A stretch of 64,000 nt of DNA, from contig OZ024741.1 of NCBI GenBank assembly GCA_964016885.1, forward strand, positions 240,560,001-240,624,000, read 5' to 3'. The notes under the pieces were generated by a model, which was given only the letters and a program-made list of their open reading frames with translations, made no database searches and was not told the origin of the DNA. Made by a program: the position numbers and the translations under genes. The stretch is from Eledone cirrhosa. Taxonomy: Eukaryota. How positions within the stretch are numbered: the stretch's first letter is position 1; the number at the start of each line of letters is the position of its first letter. Positions 1-12,688 of this stretch are shown here, piece after piece.

Positions 1-189
1 TTCATCTTCTATTGCATGGGTCAGCAACAGGTAGGTTGTGGTCCACTAATATGCCATTAAAGTGTTCTCTCTGTGTCTCAGACCTTTTCAAAGTTTTTCA
101 TGTAAGATATGACATAATATACATGTAGACCATGGGCAATACTAAAAATATCAAAAGTATGCTGTAACACAAAGAATTTACTCATCACT

Positions 190-1090
190 GTTCTGAAATA
201 ATTTTATTCAGATCTACGATATTATAGTCCAGCTACTTTCCTTGCCTTCATAACCTTAATGGCCATTTCAACTATACAACTGTCAACCTTGATAGTAGGT
301 CCCTCTCTGTTCTTTCACTCCTCTTTCTTCCACACATTATTCCTATTCAACAACCTTTTCTAATAATATTTCTAAGCACACTTCTTAGTCTCAGTACACC
401 TCTGTCATTTTATACACATTTTCTCCGGCAATGTCTTCATTCACACTGACAGACTGCTTTTCAATTTGAAACACCTCATGTCCTCTCAACACAGAATACT
501 GGCAAGCTCCTTGCTTTCATTTTTTTCTCCAAACCTGATACCTAGCTTTTTTTTCTAGCAACTTGATATCTTTGTTTGCTACCCATTTTTATCCAGTCTT
601 TGCATGCTTTTCATTTTAGCTTGTATGTCTCTATCTATAATACTATTTCACTATCATGATATGTTTTTGTCTAGTTAATACCTTACACTAATAATAGATC
701 TGTTCTGTGGCTTCAGTCATCTCCTACGTTTCCTGTGATTTCTATCCTCACCTTCTAAATAAACACATCACTTAGAACTTCTCTGAAATTACATTTAACA
801 ATTTCCACACCTTCCACTCCAGATTAGGTTATGCCTTTAACTCTATCTAGCTCATCCTCTAAGGCTGCTTATGACTAGTTTATATTGGGTTATACATTCT
901 TCTCCAGGAAAAGACTTAGTATTCACAACCACCTACATATCTTGATTCCTGATCAGTCTGAAGTTAATCAGCCTTCTGTTTTCACCTGATTGGAAGGTGA
1001 TAAAGTGGCTAGCTTGGCTGGCTAGTTTTTTGAAGTTAGTGTTGAAAATAGTTAGATTATTAGTATCGCATAACACCCAAGAACCAATCA
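190..1090 (-). pseudogene. Decayed RTE LINE segment (endonuclease C-terminus and linker), inverted relative to the adjacent 3' segment
   Basis: Manual minus-strand translation gives LCDTNNLTIFNTNFKK, NTKSFPGEECITQYKLV and EGPTIKVDSCIVEMAIKVMKARKVAG. The last aligns with EGPAVLVEGSIISKAIKDMKTGKAAG in the 23481-25523 ORF. Many stops and frameshifts. Confidence 0.6.
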
Positions 1091-1149
1091 CATTTTAGTA
1101 CTGTAGGGGCAAAAGGTGACAGATTTTGAGAATTAGATTAAATCAACAT

Positions 1150-2256
1150 AAGTATTTCGTTGTTGCTCATCACATGAACATTGGAGCAGTAAGTAGCAAA
1201 TGACCTCAGGAAACAAGCATTATCAAATTCTGGGAGGTTTGGTAGAAGTGGTAGACAGCTTTTGCTACATAGGTGACCAAATTAGCAGCATAGGTGGGTG
1301 TTTTGAAAGTACAGTAGCCAGAATGAGGACAGGATGGAAGACGTTCATGGAGCTACTACCACTGCAAGCTACAAGAGGCTTTTCCCTCAAAATGAAAGGC
1401 TGACTGTATGACATGTGTATACGAGCAGCAATGTTGCATGTTAGTGAGACCTGGACATTGTGTGCAGAAGACTTGTGTAGAAGACTTGGAAAGAAGTGAA
1501 GCTTGCATGCCTGGATGGATGTGTAATAATAACATACGTGAATGGCAAAGCATAAACGAACTGAGAGAGAAACTAGGCATAAAAGGAATCAGACGCAGTG
1601 TGCAGGAGAAGAGATTGCGTTGGTATGGACATGTGATGCATATGAAGGATGACAGCTGTATAAAAAGGTGAAGATCAAAGTTGATGGAAGCTATGGAGTA
1701 GGGAGGACTGACTTGGGATGAGGTGATAAAAGCTGACCTTGCACAACTGCACCTCTCAAAGGCCAAGGTCTCTGTAATTATGCAGTAATACAGAAGACCT
1801 GCCTTCCCTTGAACACAGGCTGAAGCATACATATAGTATTCACCTCTATCCTCTTTCATACACCTACCATGTGCTCAAGCTGAAGTATACATCTGGTATG
1901 CACCTTCATCCTTCCATTCCATACATCTTCCATACATCCTCACACACACCCATATATCCACCTCCCTAATACTCACACACCCTTCCCACCAATGCCCCCA
2001 GCCCACAGTGTAAAGTGGTCATCATGGTGATACAACAAAAGTGCCCAGCCGACACTGTAAAGTGGTTGTGTAGGCGTCATGATAAAAAGCACTCAGTACT
2101 CATTATAAAATGTGGTTGACATTAGGAAGGGCATCCAGCTGTAGAAATGAGGCCAAAATCAGTTCTGTATGAGCAAGACATGATCATCTGACCTCACCTT
2201 ACCTCAAATCTGTCTAACCTATGCTAGCATGGAAAATGGACATTAAAGGGTGATGA

Positions 2257-2260
<4 letters not shown>
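1150..2260 (+). mobile_element. RTE LINE family A, decayed 3' portion with 3' UTR and (GAT)n tail
   Basis: ORFs 1200-1403 and 1408-1671 (VVDSFCYIGD, RGFSLKMKG, RLRWYGHV) match the C-terminus of the 23481-25523 ORF. Ends in ...ggacattaaagggtgatgatgat before (TA)n. Confidence 0.85.
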
Positions 2261-2294
<34 letters not shown>

Positions 2295-2297
<3 letters not shown>

Positions 2298-3027
2298 GAA
2301 TAAATATTGTTTTCTCTGATCAAGATGAAGTGAGAGTGTATTTGAATTCATAGAAAAATTAGAAAACTCATGGCACATATGTTAAAACAGCCAAATGTTA
2401 CTGACAGCCATGGGCAAAAATGTCTCAGAGGACAGTGGCTGGCAGAGAGACAATCCATGAGGTTGGTGACAGGCAGATGAAATATAGAAAAGATTGAGAG
2501 AGCAGGAGGACAAGGAAAAATGTGTTAGCACATAGAAGTGACTGGACGAAGGAAATAAAGAAAGGTGATGTACGAGACTGTTCCCACATACATCTTCACT
2601 CGCATCAGCTCTCAAACCAGCGAAATGGTTTCATACAATTTGAGAGAACCATTTTGAAATGCTGGGTCGTGCAACAGAAAAAATAAATCTCTCGTGTATT
2701 GTATGTGTGTTAAAAGAAACAGAACAGATAGATGGATGAAAGAAGAAATAGAAAAAAAAAAAATAATAATGGGATAGTGTATCGCAAGCTGTGGTTTCTG
2801 TCCTAAATAGAAAGCTAATCATAGCTATGATAAAGTTAAATAAATAAAAATTGTTGTCTCTGATCGAGGCGAAGTGAGTGTATTTGAATTAATAGTAAAA
2901 TTAGAAAACTCAACACTAGAACAGCTATTAAAACAGCCAAATGTTGTCAGTGACAACGATGGGCAAGTATCCCAGAGGCCAACGGTCGGCAGAGAGACAA
3001 TCCACAAGGTGGGTGACAGGCAGATGT
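2295..3027 (-). repeat. Two diverged ~180-bp direct copies (about 2300-2480 and 2840-3027), probable PLE pLTR tails
   Basis: The direct repeat is visible by eye. The minus strand near 2615-2635 reads GAAAC-CA-tttcgc-TG-GTT (hammerhead 3' half), and the second copy contains the TTGAGT tail motif. Confidence 0.4.
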
Positions 3028-3554
3028 TCTGTTTGTTTTATCACACACACACACATCATACCAACAAAAAGATTTATTTGTGTGTGTGTATGTGTTTTTA
3101 TGAAGTGGCTATGACTATCATCAAGCATAATCAGTCATGGATGTAAGTATGTGTTGTTGTTGAATGAGTCCATTACATTCTTATTTAAATTCAGGTTTTA
3201 AAACCTTGCACAAACGCAATGCAGACGCAATTAATCTACCTGAGTAGTTTCCCTTGCACTAATTTTCACAGCTTAACGGTAGTTCACTCCCGCATAGCTG
3301 ATTTTCTATGTTGTTTAGCTTCAGCTCTGTACTAATCGTTCCATCCATGACCATCACGTCTCATATTCAGATGTAATGTCTGGTATACCTATAGAATAAA
3401 GTCAGACATGGCTAACAACAAAATGGATGTGAAAGAAAATTAAAATTAACGTTAATAGTAAAACGAATGTTTTATAGACTCTAAATAATCATTATACATA
3501 CATAGAATATTGAAAGTAGATTTTGTTGTGATGCCACGATGAAATACACTCATT

Positions 3555-3790
3555 GTGTGTTGTGTTCTTGACCGAAACACTTCATTTCACTTTACTCCAG
3601 TATACTCAGCTGAAAATGAGTCCCAGCAATAGCTGGGATGGTGGTGGTGTAGGCATGGGGTGGGTTAACCCTGCAATGGACTGGGGTCTTGTCCAGGGGT
3701 AGTCTTGTACTCTCAGACCCTTCATGCCACAGAAACTGGGATAAGTAGCGGCCTGATGAGTCTCAGGGTTCATGACAGTCTTTAACACTA
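3555..3790 (+). mobile_element. Decayed tRNA-derived SINE (CORE-like central region)
   Basis: tgtgttcttgaccgaaacacttcatttcactttactccag resembles the central region of the better copies at 29300-29521 and 31195-31522. Confidence 0.5.
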
Positions 3791-5196
3791 TAATGTAGAT
3801 GTGGTGGAGCCACAAGAAATAGAACACCGTACATGCTGTGAAGTGGTTGGCCTTAGTAAGGGCATCCAGCCATAGAAACTATGCCACAATGGAATGTATG
3901 AGCAAGACACAGTCATATGACCTACCTAGTCTCAGAATGTAACAATCCATCTACCCCATACAGACATGAGCATAAACGTAAAACTGTAATGATGATGTTG
4001 ATAGCAACAGGCAACAGAAAATAAAAAGACTCAAGAATGTGATTTCCACAAATAAATAGACTATAAAGTGGTCACAGTAAAAAGCACCCAGTACTCACTG
4101 TAAATGAGGTTAGTGTTAGGAATGGCATCCAGCTGTAGAAACCAAGCCAGAAATCGGTTCTGTAGGAGCAAGACATGGTCATCTGACCTGGCATTGCTCA
4201 AAACAAGATAATTTGTCTGACCTGTGCCAGCACGGAAAAATGGACGTTAAACGGTGATGATGATGATGAAATCATTTGGAATTTAGTGAACAGTTATGTG
4301 CCTTCCAGTTTCACTTAATTTCATTTTAATACTAGTCCATTCATTCTCTTTTTACTGTTGGCCATATTTGTCTCCTTTCTAAAATCATATTGAGTGTATA
4401 TAAAATTTTAAAATAGAGCAGGTGATTTGGCACAGTCATTAGAGAGAGTTCAATATTTATTTTGGTTCGCTGTGGTCTCAGATCAAATCCTGCCAAGATT
4501 TACTTTTCTTTCCAACCTTTCAGGCTTGATAAAGAAAGTGCTAGCCCAGTGCTGATGCAGCTTTCTCTCTTTCTACCTATCACATCCTGAATATTCTCCT
4601 AGATCAATTGAGTAAAGGTTGAGAAGATGTGTGATCATGACTCCATGAGCACCTAAAAACCTTAACAAAAGCAGGGTACATACTATAAAGATACACTTGA
4701 TGGTGAGTGATGGCTGTAATGTAGTTTAAGGTTATATAATTTAGTGTTTCATATTTTTATTTTTCTATCAAAAGTTTGGTAAGAAGATATGAGCTGTTCT
4801 CATAAAACTTTGCAGCCTCTCTGAGGCTGGTCAGATTGATATGGTTGATGGTTGCGCCAAAAAATAGAGGCAGGAAGAAAATTATAGAAGGTGGATGTTT
4901 TGGAGAAGAAAGACCCCCCCCCCCCCCCCCCAAAAAAAAAATAGTGCTTACTGGACAGCATCAGTTAAATAGGTTGGCAGCTATGATATTTATCATGTCA
5001 TTACATAGAAATGCTATATTATTGTCGGTATGTATGATTATGAGTGTGTGTCAAATACACATATCAATGAAAACAGTATTTTAAATTCAGTGATGTTTTG
5101 TGATACTTGATTGAATGTACTGTAATATTTTTATCAACTAACCAGAGGGCCTTATTTTGCTGGTGATGCGTGTGTGTGTATATATATATATATATA

Positions 5197-6037
5197 TCAT
5201 CATCATCATCATCATCATCGTTTAATGTCTATCTTCCACGCTAGCATGGGTTTAGACGGGAATTGTCCCTCTTGAGGCAAAATTGGTCATCTAGCTTGTA
5301 TAGGACTGTCTGGCAGGTTTTCTACGGTGGACAGTGTGGACTGGGAGGTTTTTACCGTGTTACCTACACGGCCACATTACAGCGTGGACTCTGTGTTTTT
5401 TTGTCATGACACCTACACGACCTCATTTATTTATGGTACCAACATAACTTTACAGAGAAAGGGGTGGTGTAGATGGGGGTGGGGAGTTGGGGGGTAGTGG
5501 GATGGGGGTGTATATTTGATTAAGAGGTGCCTACTGACTGTAGGTTTCACTTTGTACTTATGCAAGGCGAGTTTTCTGTATTACTGCGTAGCGCCAAAGA
5601 TCTTGGTCCAGTGACATTGTCTTAGAGAGATGTAAGTGTGCAAGGTCGGAATTTATCAAATCATCCCAGGTTTTTCTGGGTCTGCCTACTCCGTAACTAC
5701 CGTCAATTTTCATCACGCTGCACTTTTTTATACAGCTGTCGTCTTTCATGTGCATCACATGACCATACCAACATAGTCTTCTCTCGAGTAAACAGCATCT
5801 GATCCCTCTTATACCTAATTTCTCACTTAGTTCATTTATGCTTTGCTGTTCACATATATTACTATCACACATCCAGTGGAGCATGCATGCTTTGTTCCTC
5901 TCCAGTCTGCGCAGGTCCTCTGCACACACTGCCCATGTCTCCCTGCCATGTAACATAGCTGTTCGTATGCAGGCATCATATAGTCTGCCTTTCATTTTTA
6001 GAGAGAAACCTTTAGTGGCCAATAGTGGTATAAGCTC
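5197..6037 (-). mobile_element. RTE LINE family A, 5'-truncated copy
   Basis: ORF 5558-6022 is closely similar to the C-terminal ~150 aa of the 23481-25523 ORF. It shares the same 3' UTR and (GAT)n tail and is inserted in (TA)n. Confidence 0.9.
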
Positions 6038-6289
6038 TCTCTCTCTATATATATATAAAAGAGACTCTTTCTACTATGACAAGTGTTAAACTAATATATT
6101 TCTTTATTGTACTGTGTTGTTTGCTTTGTTATTTCTGTTTACTTTTTGTTGCATATATATATATATATAAACACACACATATATATATATATATACACCC
6201 TTTTAGGTCTTAGGTTAGTCTAGTCATATATATATTCCAGCTATATATACCAACCTTGGTGTTTATAACAGTGCATCTGAGCACTGTAC

Positions 6290-6453
6290 ACGTCGGACGC
6301 CATGCTTTCCAGCATAGTTACGTCCCTTTACGATCTGAGTTCAAATCCCGCCGAGGTTGACTTTGCCTTTCATCCTTACGGGGTCGATAAAATAAAGTAC
6401 CAGTAATGCACTGAGTAATTGCTGGCCTTGTGCCTAAAGTAGAAACAATTATT
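6290..6453 (+). mobile_element. SINE with Nin/Deu-type core, 5'-truncated
   Basis: B-box-like GAGTTCAAATCC followed by ctttgcctttcatccttacggggtcgataaaataaagtaccag. Several near-identical copies occur in the window. Confidence 0.8.
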
Positions 6454-6484
6454 ATGTCATATATATATATATATATATATATAT

Positions 6485-7445
6485 GCTACTCCATCTTCTC
6501 CATGAGCCTTGCCCTCCTTGATCTTCTTCTTGGCTCTCTGAAGCTCCTCTCTGGTGAAGGGCTCTGTCTCAACATCCAGTTCCTCAAACAGCCGCCTGAT
6601 CTCCCCAGTGCTCTGGGCTGTGGAGGGTGGCTCTCCTAGTAGGGTCCTAAAATGGTCTAGCCATTTCCTCTTCCTATCCTCGGGCCCCGTTCCCTGGATC
6701 TGACTCGAACACCTTTTCTTCCTCCCTGTGATCTCGTTGATGATCATCCAGCTCTCCCTACATCCAGATCTGTCAACCGCTCTCTCCACACTTCTGATCT
6801 TCTCTATCAGTGCCTCCTCTCTGACCTCAGTGTAAGCGGTACAGAGCTCTTCCCTCATCACCTCCACAGTCTCCATCCTCTCCTCCGTAGGATCAGCATA
6901 GAATTGGTCCCTGGCAGCTTTCAGGTGTTCTCTGGCTGCACACACTTTTGGGTCTGCAGAGCTGACGTGCTTCCCTTTGTTCTTTTTCCTCGGCACCAGG
7001 GTTTCACTTGCTTTCGCCACTGCATTGGTGAAGTGCCCGTACCTCCTCGTCACACTCTCCTCAGTCCACCAATCTCTCTCTCCTCTGACTCTCCACACAG
7101 AGCACTAAACCTGTTTCTCACTTCCACTGTGAACCTCTCCTGTAGCTTATCATCTTCCCTGAAAGCTCCCCAGTCATAGATTGTTCTCCGGGGCTGAGCC
7201 TTGCTCTTTCTTAAGCTCACGCGGACCTCACTCATAACAAGCCGGTGGTCACTACCCAGTGTACTGAAATAGCTGTATGGTTCCGTGTTCAGAACACTAT
7301 TCCGCCACTTTTTCCTCACCAGAATGAAATCAATCTGGGACTTGGACAGGTGCATATCTGAGATGTAGGTCCACATCTTCCCCAGATTCTTCCTAAACCT
7401 TAGGTTGGTCGCCATCAAGTTCGCCTCCAGCAGGGTGTCTCTCAG
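6485..7445 (-). pseudogene. AP-endonuclease C-terminus and linker of RTE family B (frameshift near 7060-7090)
   Basis: ORF 7050-7496 has the APE motifs SQIDFILV and SDHRLV. ORF 6457-7098 ends at GKAHGEDGV, just before the RT domain. Confidence 0.85.
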
Positions 7446-8655
7446 GGTGAAGCTCAGGGACAACCAGAACGGCTTCAGAGAGGGTAGATCAACCACCAGT
7501 CACATCCTGATGCTGAGGAGGATATTAGAGGGAGCTAGAGCAAAGTGCCTTCCTGCGGTCATGGTTTTCATTGACTTTAGGAAGGCCTTTGATTCTGTGG
7601 ACCGTTACTGCCTGATGAAGATCTTACAGGCTTATGGAATCCCCAAGAGGATAGTGGACCTGATATCACTGCTCTACACCAACACCAAAGCCCAAGTCAT
7701 TACACCTGATGGGATGACAGAGTTCTTTGAGATACTGGCTGGAGTGCTCCAGGGAGATACATTGGCTCCCTACCTTTTTATCATCGTAGTGGACTATTGT
7801 ATGCGCCTTGCACTGGAGAAACACCAGGACTCTGGCTTTACTGTAGCACCGGCTCGGAGCAGGAGAGTTGGGGCGAAAAAGGTATCGGATGCTGAATTTG
7901 CCGACGACATAGTTTTGGTGACAAATACAGTGAAGGAGGCAGAGGATTTGATGCGGGAGGTTGAGACTGTGTCGATGAGTGTGGGGCTGAGAATGAATGA
8001 GACTAAAACAAAATATCTGGTAGAGAATGTTGAGAAGCCAGAGGGGATCACTAATGTAGGCGGGAAGCCGCTGGAATTGGTTGAGGACTTCCTGTATTTG
8101 GGAGCAAAGATTGGGAATACGGAAGATGATGTGGTTGAGAGGAAGAGCAAGGCCTGGGCGGCGTGCCACAGCTTGAGATCGGTGTGGAAGTCGGACCTTC
8201 GTAGAGACCTGAAAATCCGCCTCTTCATTGCTGTAGTGGAGTCTGTGCTGCTGTGTGGGTCTGAGACTTGGACACTGACCAAGAGACTCACTCAGATGGT
8301 GGATGGGTGCTACACGAGAATGCTGAGGATGGCTCTGAACATTAATCAGTATACACTGAGGATGAAAAACTCAGAGCTGTATGGGAGCCTCCCAAAAGTC
8401 AGCTCAAAAGTGACACAGAGGAGACTGAGGTTGGCTGGACATGCTCACCGACATCCAGAGTTGACATTGCACTCCGTGCTCCTTTGGGAGCCCCTACATG
8501 GACACACTGGAAGAGGAAGACCAAGGTTAACATATGTTGATGCCCTAAGGACAGACACTGGTCTGTTGGAGACGCAGGACATGGCAGCGATAATGAGGGA
8601 CAGAGACCGCTGGAGAGAACTCGTCCATGGATCTCGGGAATTTTACCCGCCTTAG
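7405..8655 (+). CDS. Reverse transcriptase (RTE clade), N-terminally truncated; true homology starts near 7445
   Basis: Motifs QNGFREGRST, FIDFRKAFDSV, GVLQGDTLAPYLF, FADD, FLYLG, RRLRLAGH and GRGRPRLTY. The frame is uninterrupted to the stop. Confidence 0.85.
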   Translation: MVAIKFASSRVSLRVKLRDNQNGFREGRSTTSHILMLRRILEGARAKCLPAVMVFIDFRKAFDSVDRYCLMKILQAYGIPKRIVDLISLLYTNTKAQVITPDGMTEFFEILAGVLQGDTLAPYLFIIVVDYCMRLALEKHQDSGFTVAPARSRRVGAKKVSDAEFADDIVLVTNTVKEAEDLMREVETVSMSVGLRMNETKTKYLVENVEKPEGITNVGGKPLELVEDFLYLGAKIGNTEDDVVERKSKAWAACHSLRSVWKSDLRRDLKIRLFIAVVESVLLCGSETWTLTKRLTQMVDGCYTRMLRMALNINQYTLRMKNSELYGSLPKVSSKVTQRRLRLAGHAHRHPELTLHSVLLWEPLHGHTGRGRPRLTYVDALRTDTGLLETQDMAAIMRDRDRWRELVHGSREFYPP

Positions 8656-8678
8656 ATAGATAGATAGATATATATATA

Positions 8679-8828
8679 TATATCATCATCATTTTACGTC
8701 TGCTTTTCCCTGCTTGCAAGGGTGGGACGGGAACTGATTCTGGCTTATATATATATATATAAGCCAGAATCAGTTCCCGTCCCACCCTTGCAAGCAGGGA
8801 AAAGCAGACGTAAAATGATGATGATATA
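8679..8828. repeat. Perfect ~150-bp palindrome centred on (TA)n; arms are an RTE/SINE 3' tail
   Basis: tcattttacgtctgc...tggct(TA)n agccag...gcagacgtaaaatga are exact reverse complements. Confidence 0.9.
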
Positions 8829-9531
8829 CACACGCACACACATGCACTCACACACACACACACATTCACAGTCCCCAAAACAACCAGTTTCACACATGCA
8901 CATACACAGAGCTCCACACACATACATACATACATATTTATGTAAAACAAAACCAACATAAATAAACAACTGTATATATATATATACATGTTCACGCAAC
9001 AAACACACATACACAAATTTTATTTCCAAACACATACATTAGGATGAATACATCATAACCTTAAGGTACACACACAGCTCCAAGACAAGTAATTCACACA
9101 TACATAGCATACACATACACTAAACAGACACATGCACATACACACAGTCACATGCCCTAGCGCATAATCATTCCCCTTCTTTTCCCTTCTGGTCATGTTC
9201 AATATTGCATGATCTGTACCCAACACACGCTTTCGCACCACATTTCTGCTATTCTTTTCCATTCCTTTCTCTCATTCTGAAAACCAGCTGATGCTTGAAA
9301 TGTCAAAGACATTTCTATTTCAATTTTCAGAGTGTCAGCCTAATAACCTATACTTCAATTTGTCATAAACTTTGCACCTATCTGTCAATTTGTCTCCTCT
9401 CCCCTCTCTCTCTTTCTCTCTCTCTATATATATAGTCCAACCTGCCACCAGATATTAAACAATGTTATATATATATATATATATACAGTATATATATATA
9501 TATATATATACAGTATATATATATATATATA

Positions 9532-9706
9532 TAAAATCCTGACTGCGGCACCAAGTGCTTTTGGTTTATGACACAAGCCAAAACCACTTGGTGCCATGGT
9601 CAGAATTTTACATATCTCTATACCCACTCTGCATCTCCCCATGCATTGAGTACTCCCATGATTAGTGGCCTCCCTGTGCATGGGTGTTTGGTGTGTGACT
9701 ATGTAA
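9532..9706 (+). mobile_element. PLE-type fold-back mini-element (inverted repeat 9532-9610 plus tail)
   Basis: Imperfect ~35-bp arms. The tail ACCCACTCT...ATTGAGTAC is shared with 53827-53860 and 25948-25980. Confidence 0.6.
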
Positions 9707-9870
9707 ATATATTTTTTATAATGAATGAAATTATTGTGTGTAAAGTGCTCAGGTGCACTACAACTCATCAAAGGTGCATGTATAGTACATAGAATAATAC
9801 ACAAATGTCAGGGAAGTGAACAGTGTATGAGTCATGGTATACATGTGTGTATGTGTATGGAAGGGGAACA

Positions 9871-12632
9871 TTAGCTGTAGTGTTGGCGGATCTCGGGAAG
9901 CATGGAGGCCTTAAAGGATGCTGTGTCTCGACAGCTAACAACTGATGCAGGTAGTTTGTTCCATGCTTCAGCAACTCTGAGCGTGAAAAAATGTTTACGA
10001 AAGTCATGGGAGCTGTGCTGTTTTCTTACTTTGTGGGCATGTCTTCGTGTGTTAGACACATGGAAATCAAAAAGGTACTCAGGGTTGTTGTTGGCAAGAT
10101 GGTTAACAATTTTGTGGGTGTTTACCAAGTCAGTTGCTAGGTGTCGGAGCTTTAATGTATCCATGCCCAGGGAAGCAAGGCACTCAGAGTATGGTAGATG
10201 CCTGATGGAGGGTTCTCGCTTGGTTGAACGTCTCTGAACAGTTTCCAGGTGGTCAATGTTCTGAGCAAGATAGGGGTTCCAGACTGGTGATGCAAATTCT
10301 AAGTGTGGCCGCACCATAGTCATGTACAGCCTTAAATAGATATCTGGAGAGCGGCTGACAAGGGTCTTGCTGAGTGATGCTAAGACACCCTCGGCCCCTT
10401 TGACAATTTTAGAGACGTGCTTCGCCCAACGCAAATCGCTGCTGACCGTAATGCCCAGGTCACATTCACAAGAAGACTTCTTGATATTAGTGCTGTGGAG
10501 GGAGTATGTGGACGCTGGGTTTTTACTCCCAAAATGCATGGTGGTGCACTTGTCCACAGCTAGCTTGAGTTGCCAGTCTGAGATCCATTGTTGCATTGTG
10601 TCCAGGTCAGACTGCAAGCAAGATCTATAGTGTTCAGGATCTGTCCTTTTTATCTCAAGGTACAGCTTGATGTCATCTGCGTACTTTAGTACTGTGGCAT
10701 TCTTTAAGTTGGCATCTATGTCATTAATATATGCCACAAACAAAAGGGGGCCAAGAACAGATCCCTGTGGTACACCTGATGACATCTCATATGGTGAGGA
10801 ATGCTGTCCCAGAACCGTGACTACCTCTCTTCGACTGAGAATGAAGGACTTCAACCAGTTAAAAAGATCATCCTTCACACCCATTGCAGAGAGTTTTGCC
10901 ATAAGCCTTTTGTGTGGCACAGAATTGAAGGCTTTCGCAAAGTCAAGGTAAACAACATCCACCCATGAGCCGCCATCAGTGATCCGGGTGATGTCCTCAA
11001 GAAACTCTATAAGTTGGTCACAGTAGCTGGAGTTGGGGATAAATCCAAATTGCGAGGGCCGCATAAGACTGTGAGAGCTCCAGAAGTTCCAAAGTGTTTC
11101 TCTGACACAGGATTCCATCAGTTTGGCGATGCAACTAATAAGACTGACTGGACGATAGTTCACAGGTGATGTGCGGTCACCCTTTTGGACAGAAGAATGA
11201 CACTGGCAGTTTTCCACTGTTCTGGAGTAGCACTGTTGTTCAGACAGAATTGGAAGAAGCGTGATAACTGGTGCAGAAGGAAGTACCCACCATGTTTAAG
11301 AAGCAGGTACGTAACACCATCAAGACCAGGAGAGGCATGGTTGCGTTTATTTTTTAGGCGATGTCGCAGCATTGCAGGTGTAAATTCCATGGTTGTAATA
11401 GAGTCCGGTGTCATAGGTGGTGGAGATGGTACACTCTGGTCTTCAATAGTGAAAATGCCTGCATAGCATTCAGCAATGAGCTCTGCACATTCCTTGGGGT
11501 CGTCAGTAACCTGGCTTGTGTGGGGATTGTGAAGAGGACCAACTGGAGAGTGAGGCCTCTGCTTTGAGTGAACATACTTCCAGAACACCTTACTGTCAGG
11601 GCTAGTTGCTATGCACTGCTCAAATTGAAGCACTGCCTTTTTTGTCACCTGTTTGAGGTGGTTGGACGATCTATTTCGCCTCTTCCTATTAAAGTCTGAT
11701 TTGTGAAGTTTGTACTCACGTTCAGCATTGCGCCATTCTTTTCTGGCAAGACGGACTGCTGCAGTCTCCCAAATTGCACTTTTGGGATGTTTTTTCCGCT
11801 TACGTGGCACCGATGCTACACATGCTGTCCATATTGAGCTCAGGATGTTCTGGAGTACAGTGTTGACATCTCCAGAGTTGTAGAACTCAAGCCAGTTTGG
11901 CCGTTGCAACTCAGTGCAGTAACAGTTCCAGTCTGCTTTATTCCAGTCAAAGTTAGCAGTTTGGAGATGGTTGTGGTTCTTGTTACTGCCCATAAGGGAT
12001 AGATTGGCAATGATCATAGCATGATCAGAGTCACCTAAAGGTTCCTCAGCAGTAACACTAATGTCCGTTTCAGGAGTAGTGGTGAAGAGTAGGTCCAAAG
12101 TGTTGTCACCTCTTGTTGGGGAGGTGACCACTTGGGACCAACTCGAGTCCAGCACTAGCTCAAGGAAGTCATTTGCACTTGGCGGCCAACGAAAGGTTTC
12201 CCAGTCAATCTCAGGGTGATTGAAGTCTCCTGCAAGGAAAACATAATTGGCTGTCTTCCTGGCAGCAGCTCTGAGGATATCCCAAAATTGAGTGTCCTGA
12301 TGGTAATTTGGGGGACGGTAAACGACTCCAAGTAGTAGTGTTGACATGGTCATACGTATATCGCAGAAAAAAACTTCCTGCTGTGATTGGTTCAAATCAA
12401 CACAAGGAATTGCCAACAGATTTGACCGAACGTAGACCATTACACCACCACGATGACGATTAATGCGGTCTTTACGAAAGAGGTTGTAGCCAGTCATGCT
12501 GAAAACCCCATCACAGAGTAAGGGATGTGCCCAAGTTTCCGTGACTGTAATGAAGTCAGGGTTGATACTTTTGACGTAGGAGTCAAAAAGATGAATCTTA
12601 TTGCATAGACTACGTGCATTCAAGGACAACAA
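9871..12632 (-). pseudogene. CR1-group ORF2 (AP endonuclease + reverse transcriptase) split by one frameshift near 11190
   Basis: 11160-12632 has NARSL, VTETW, GDFNHP, LDLLF and SDH. 9871-11217 has NYRPVSL, YLDFAKAF, GVPQGSVLGPLLF and YADD. The join WKTASVI/KGDRTSPVNYRP implies a frameshift. Confidence 0.9.
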
Positions 12633-12688
12633 TTTGTACCTTGATCCCAGTCTATGATTATGCGCAGGGGATGGCAGGTTGTTCTGAT

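Larger units (their letters stand above)
6485..8670 (+). mobile_element. RTE LINE family B with 5' inversion (twin-priming structure)
   Basis: A minus-strand endonuclease/linker segment (6485-7445) is joined to a plus-strand RT segment (7445-8655). Short (TAGA)n tail, flanked by (TA)n on both sides. Confidence 0.9.

Noticed and set aside
1-36. Possible host exon end (FIFYCMGQQQ|gtaggt)
   Set aside because: Only 30 nt at the window edge, with no homology evidence and no downstream exon identified.
3752-3790. CTGATGA motif
   Set aside because: No GAAA box or stems follow, and it lies in a SINE tail.
7666-8291. Antisense ORFs over LINE coding regions (also 9902-11567 and 23761-25452)
   Set aside because: Shadow ORFs of RT genes with no independent motifs.
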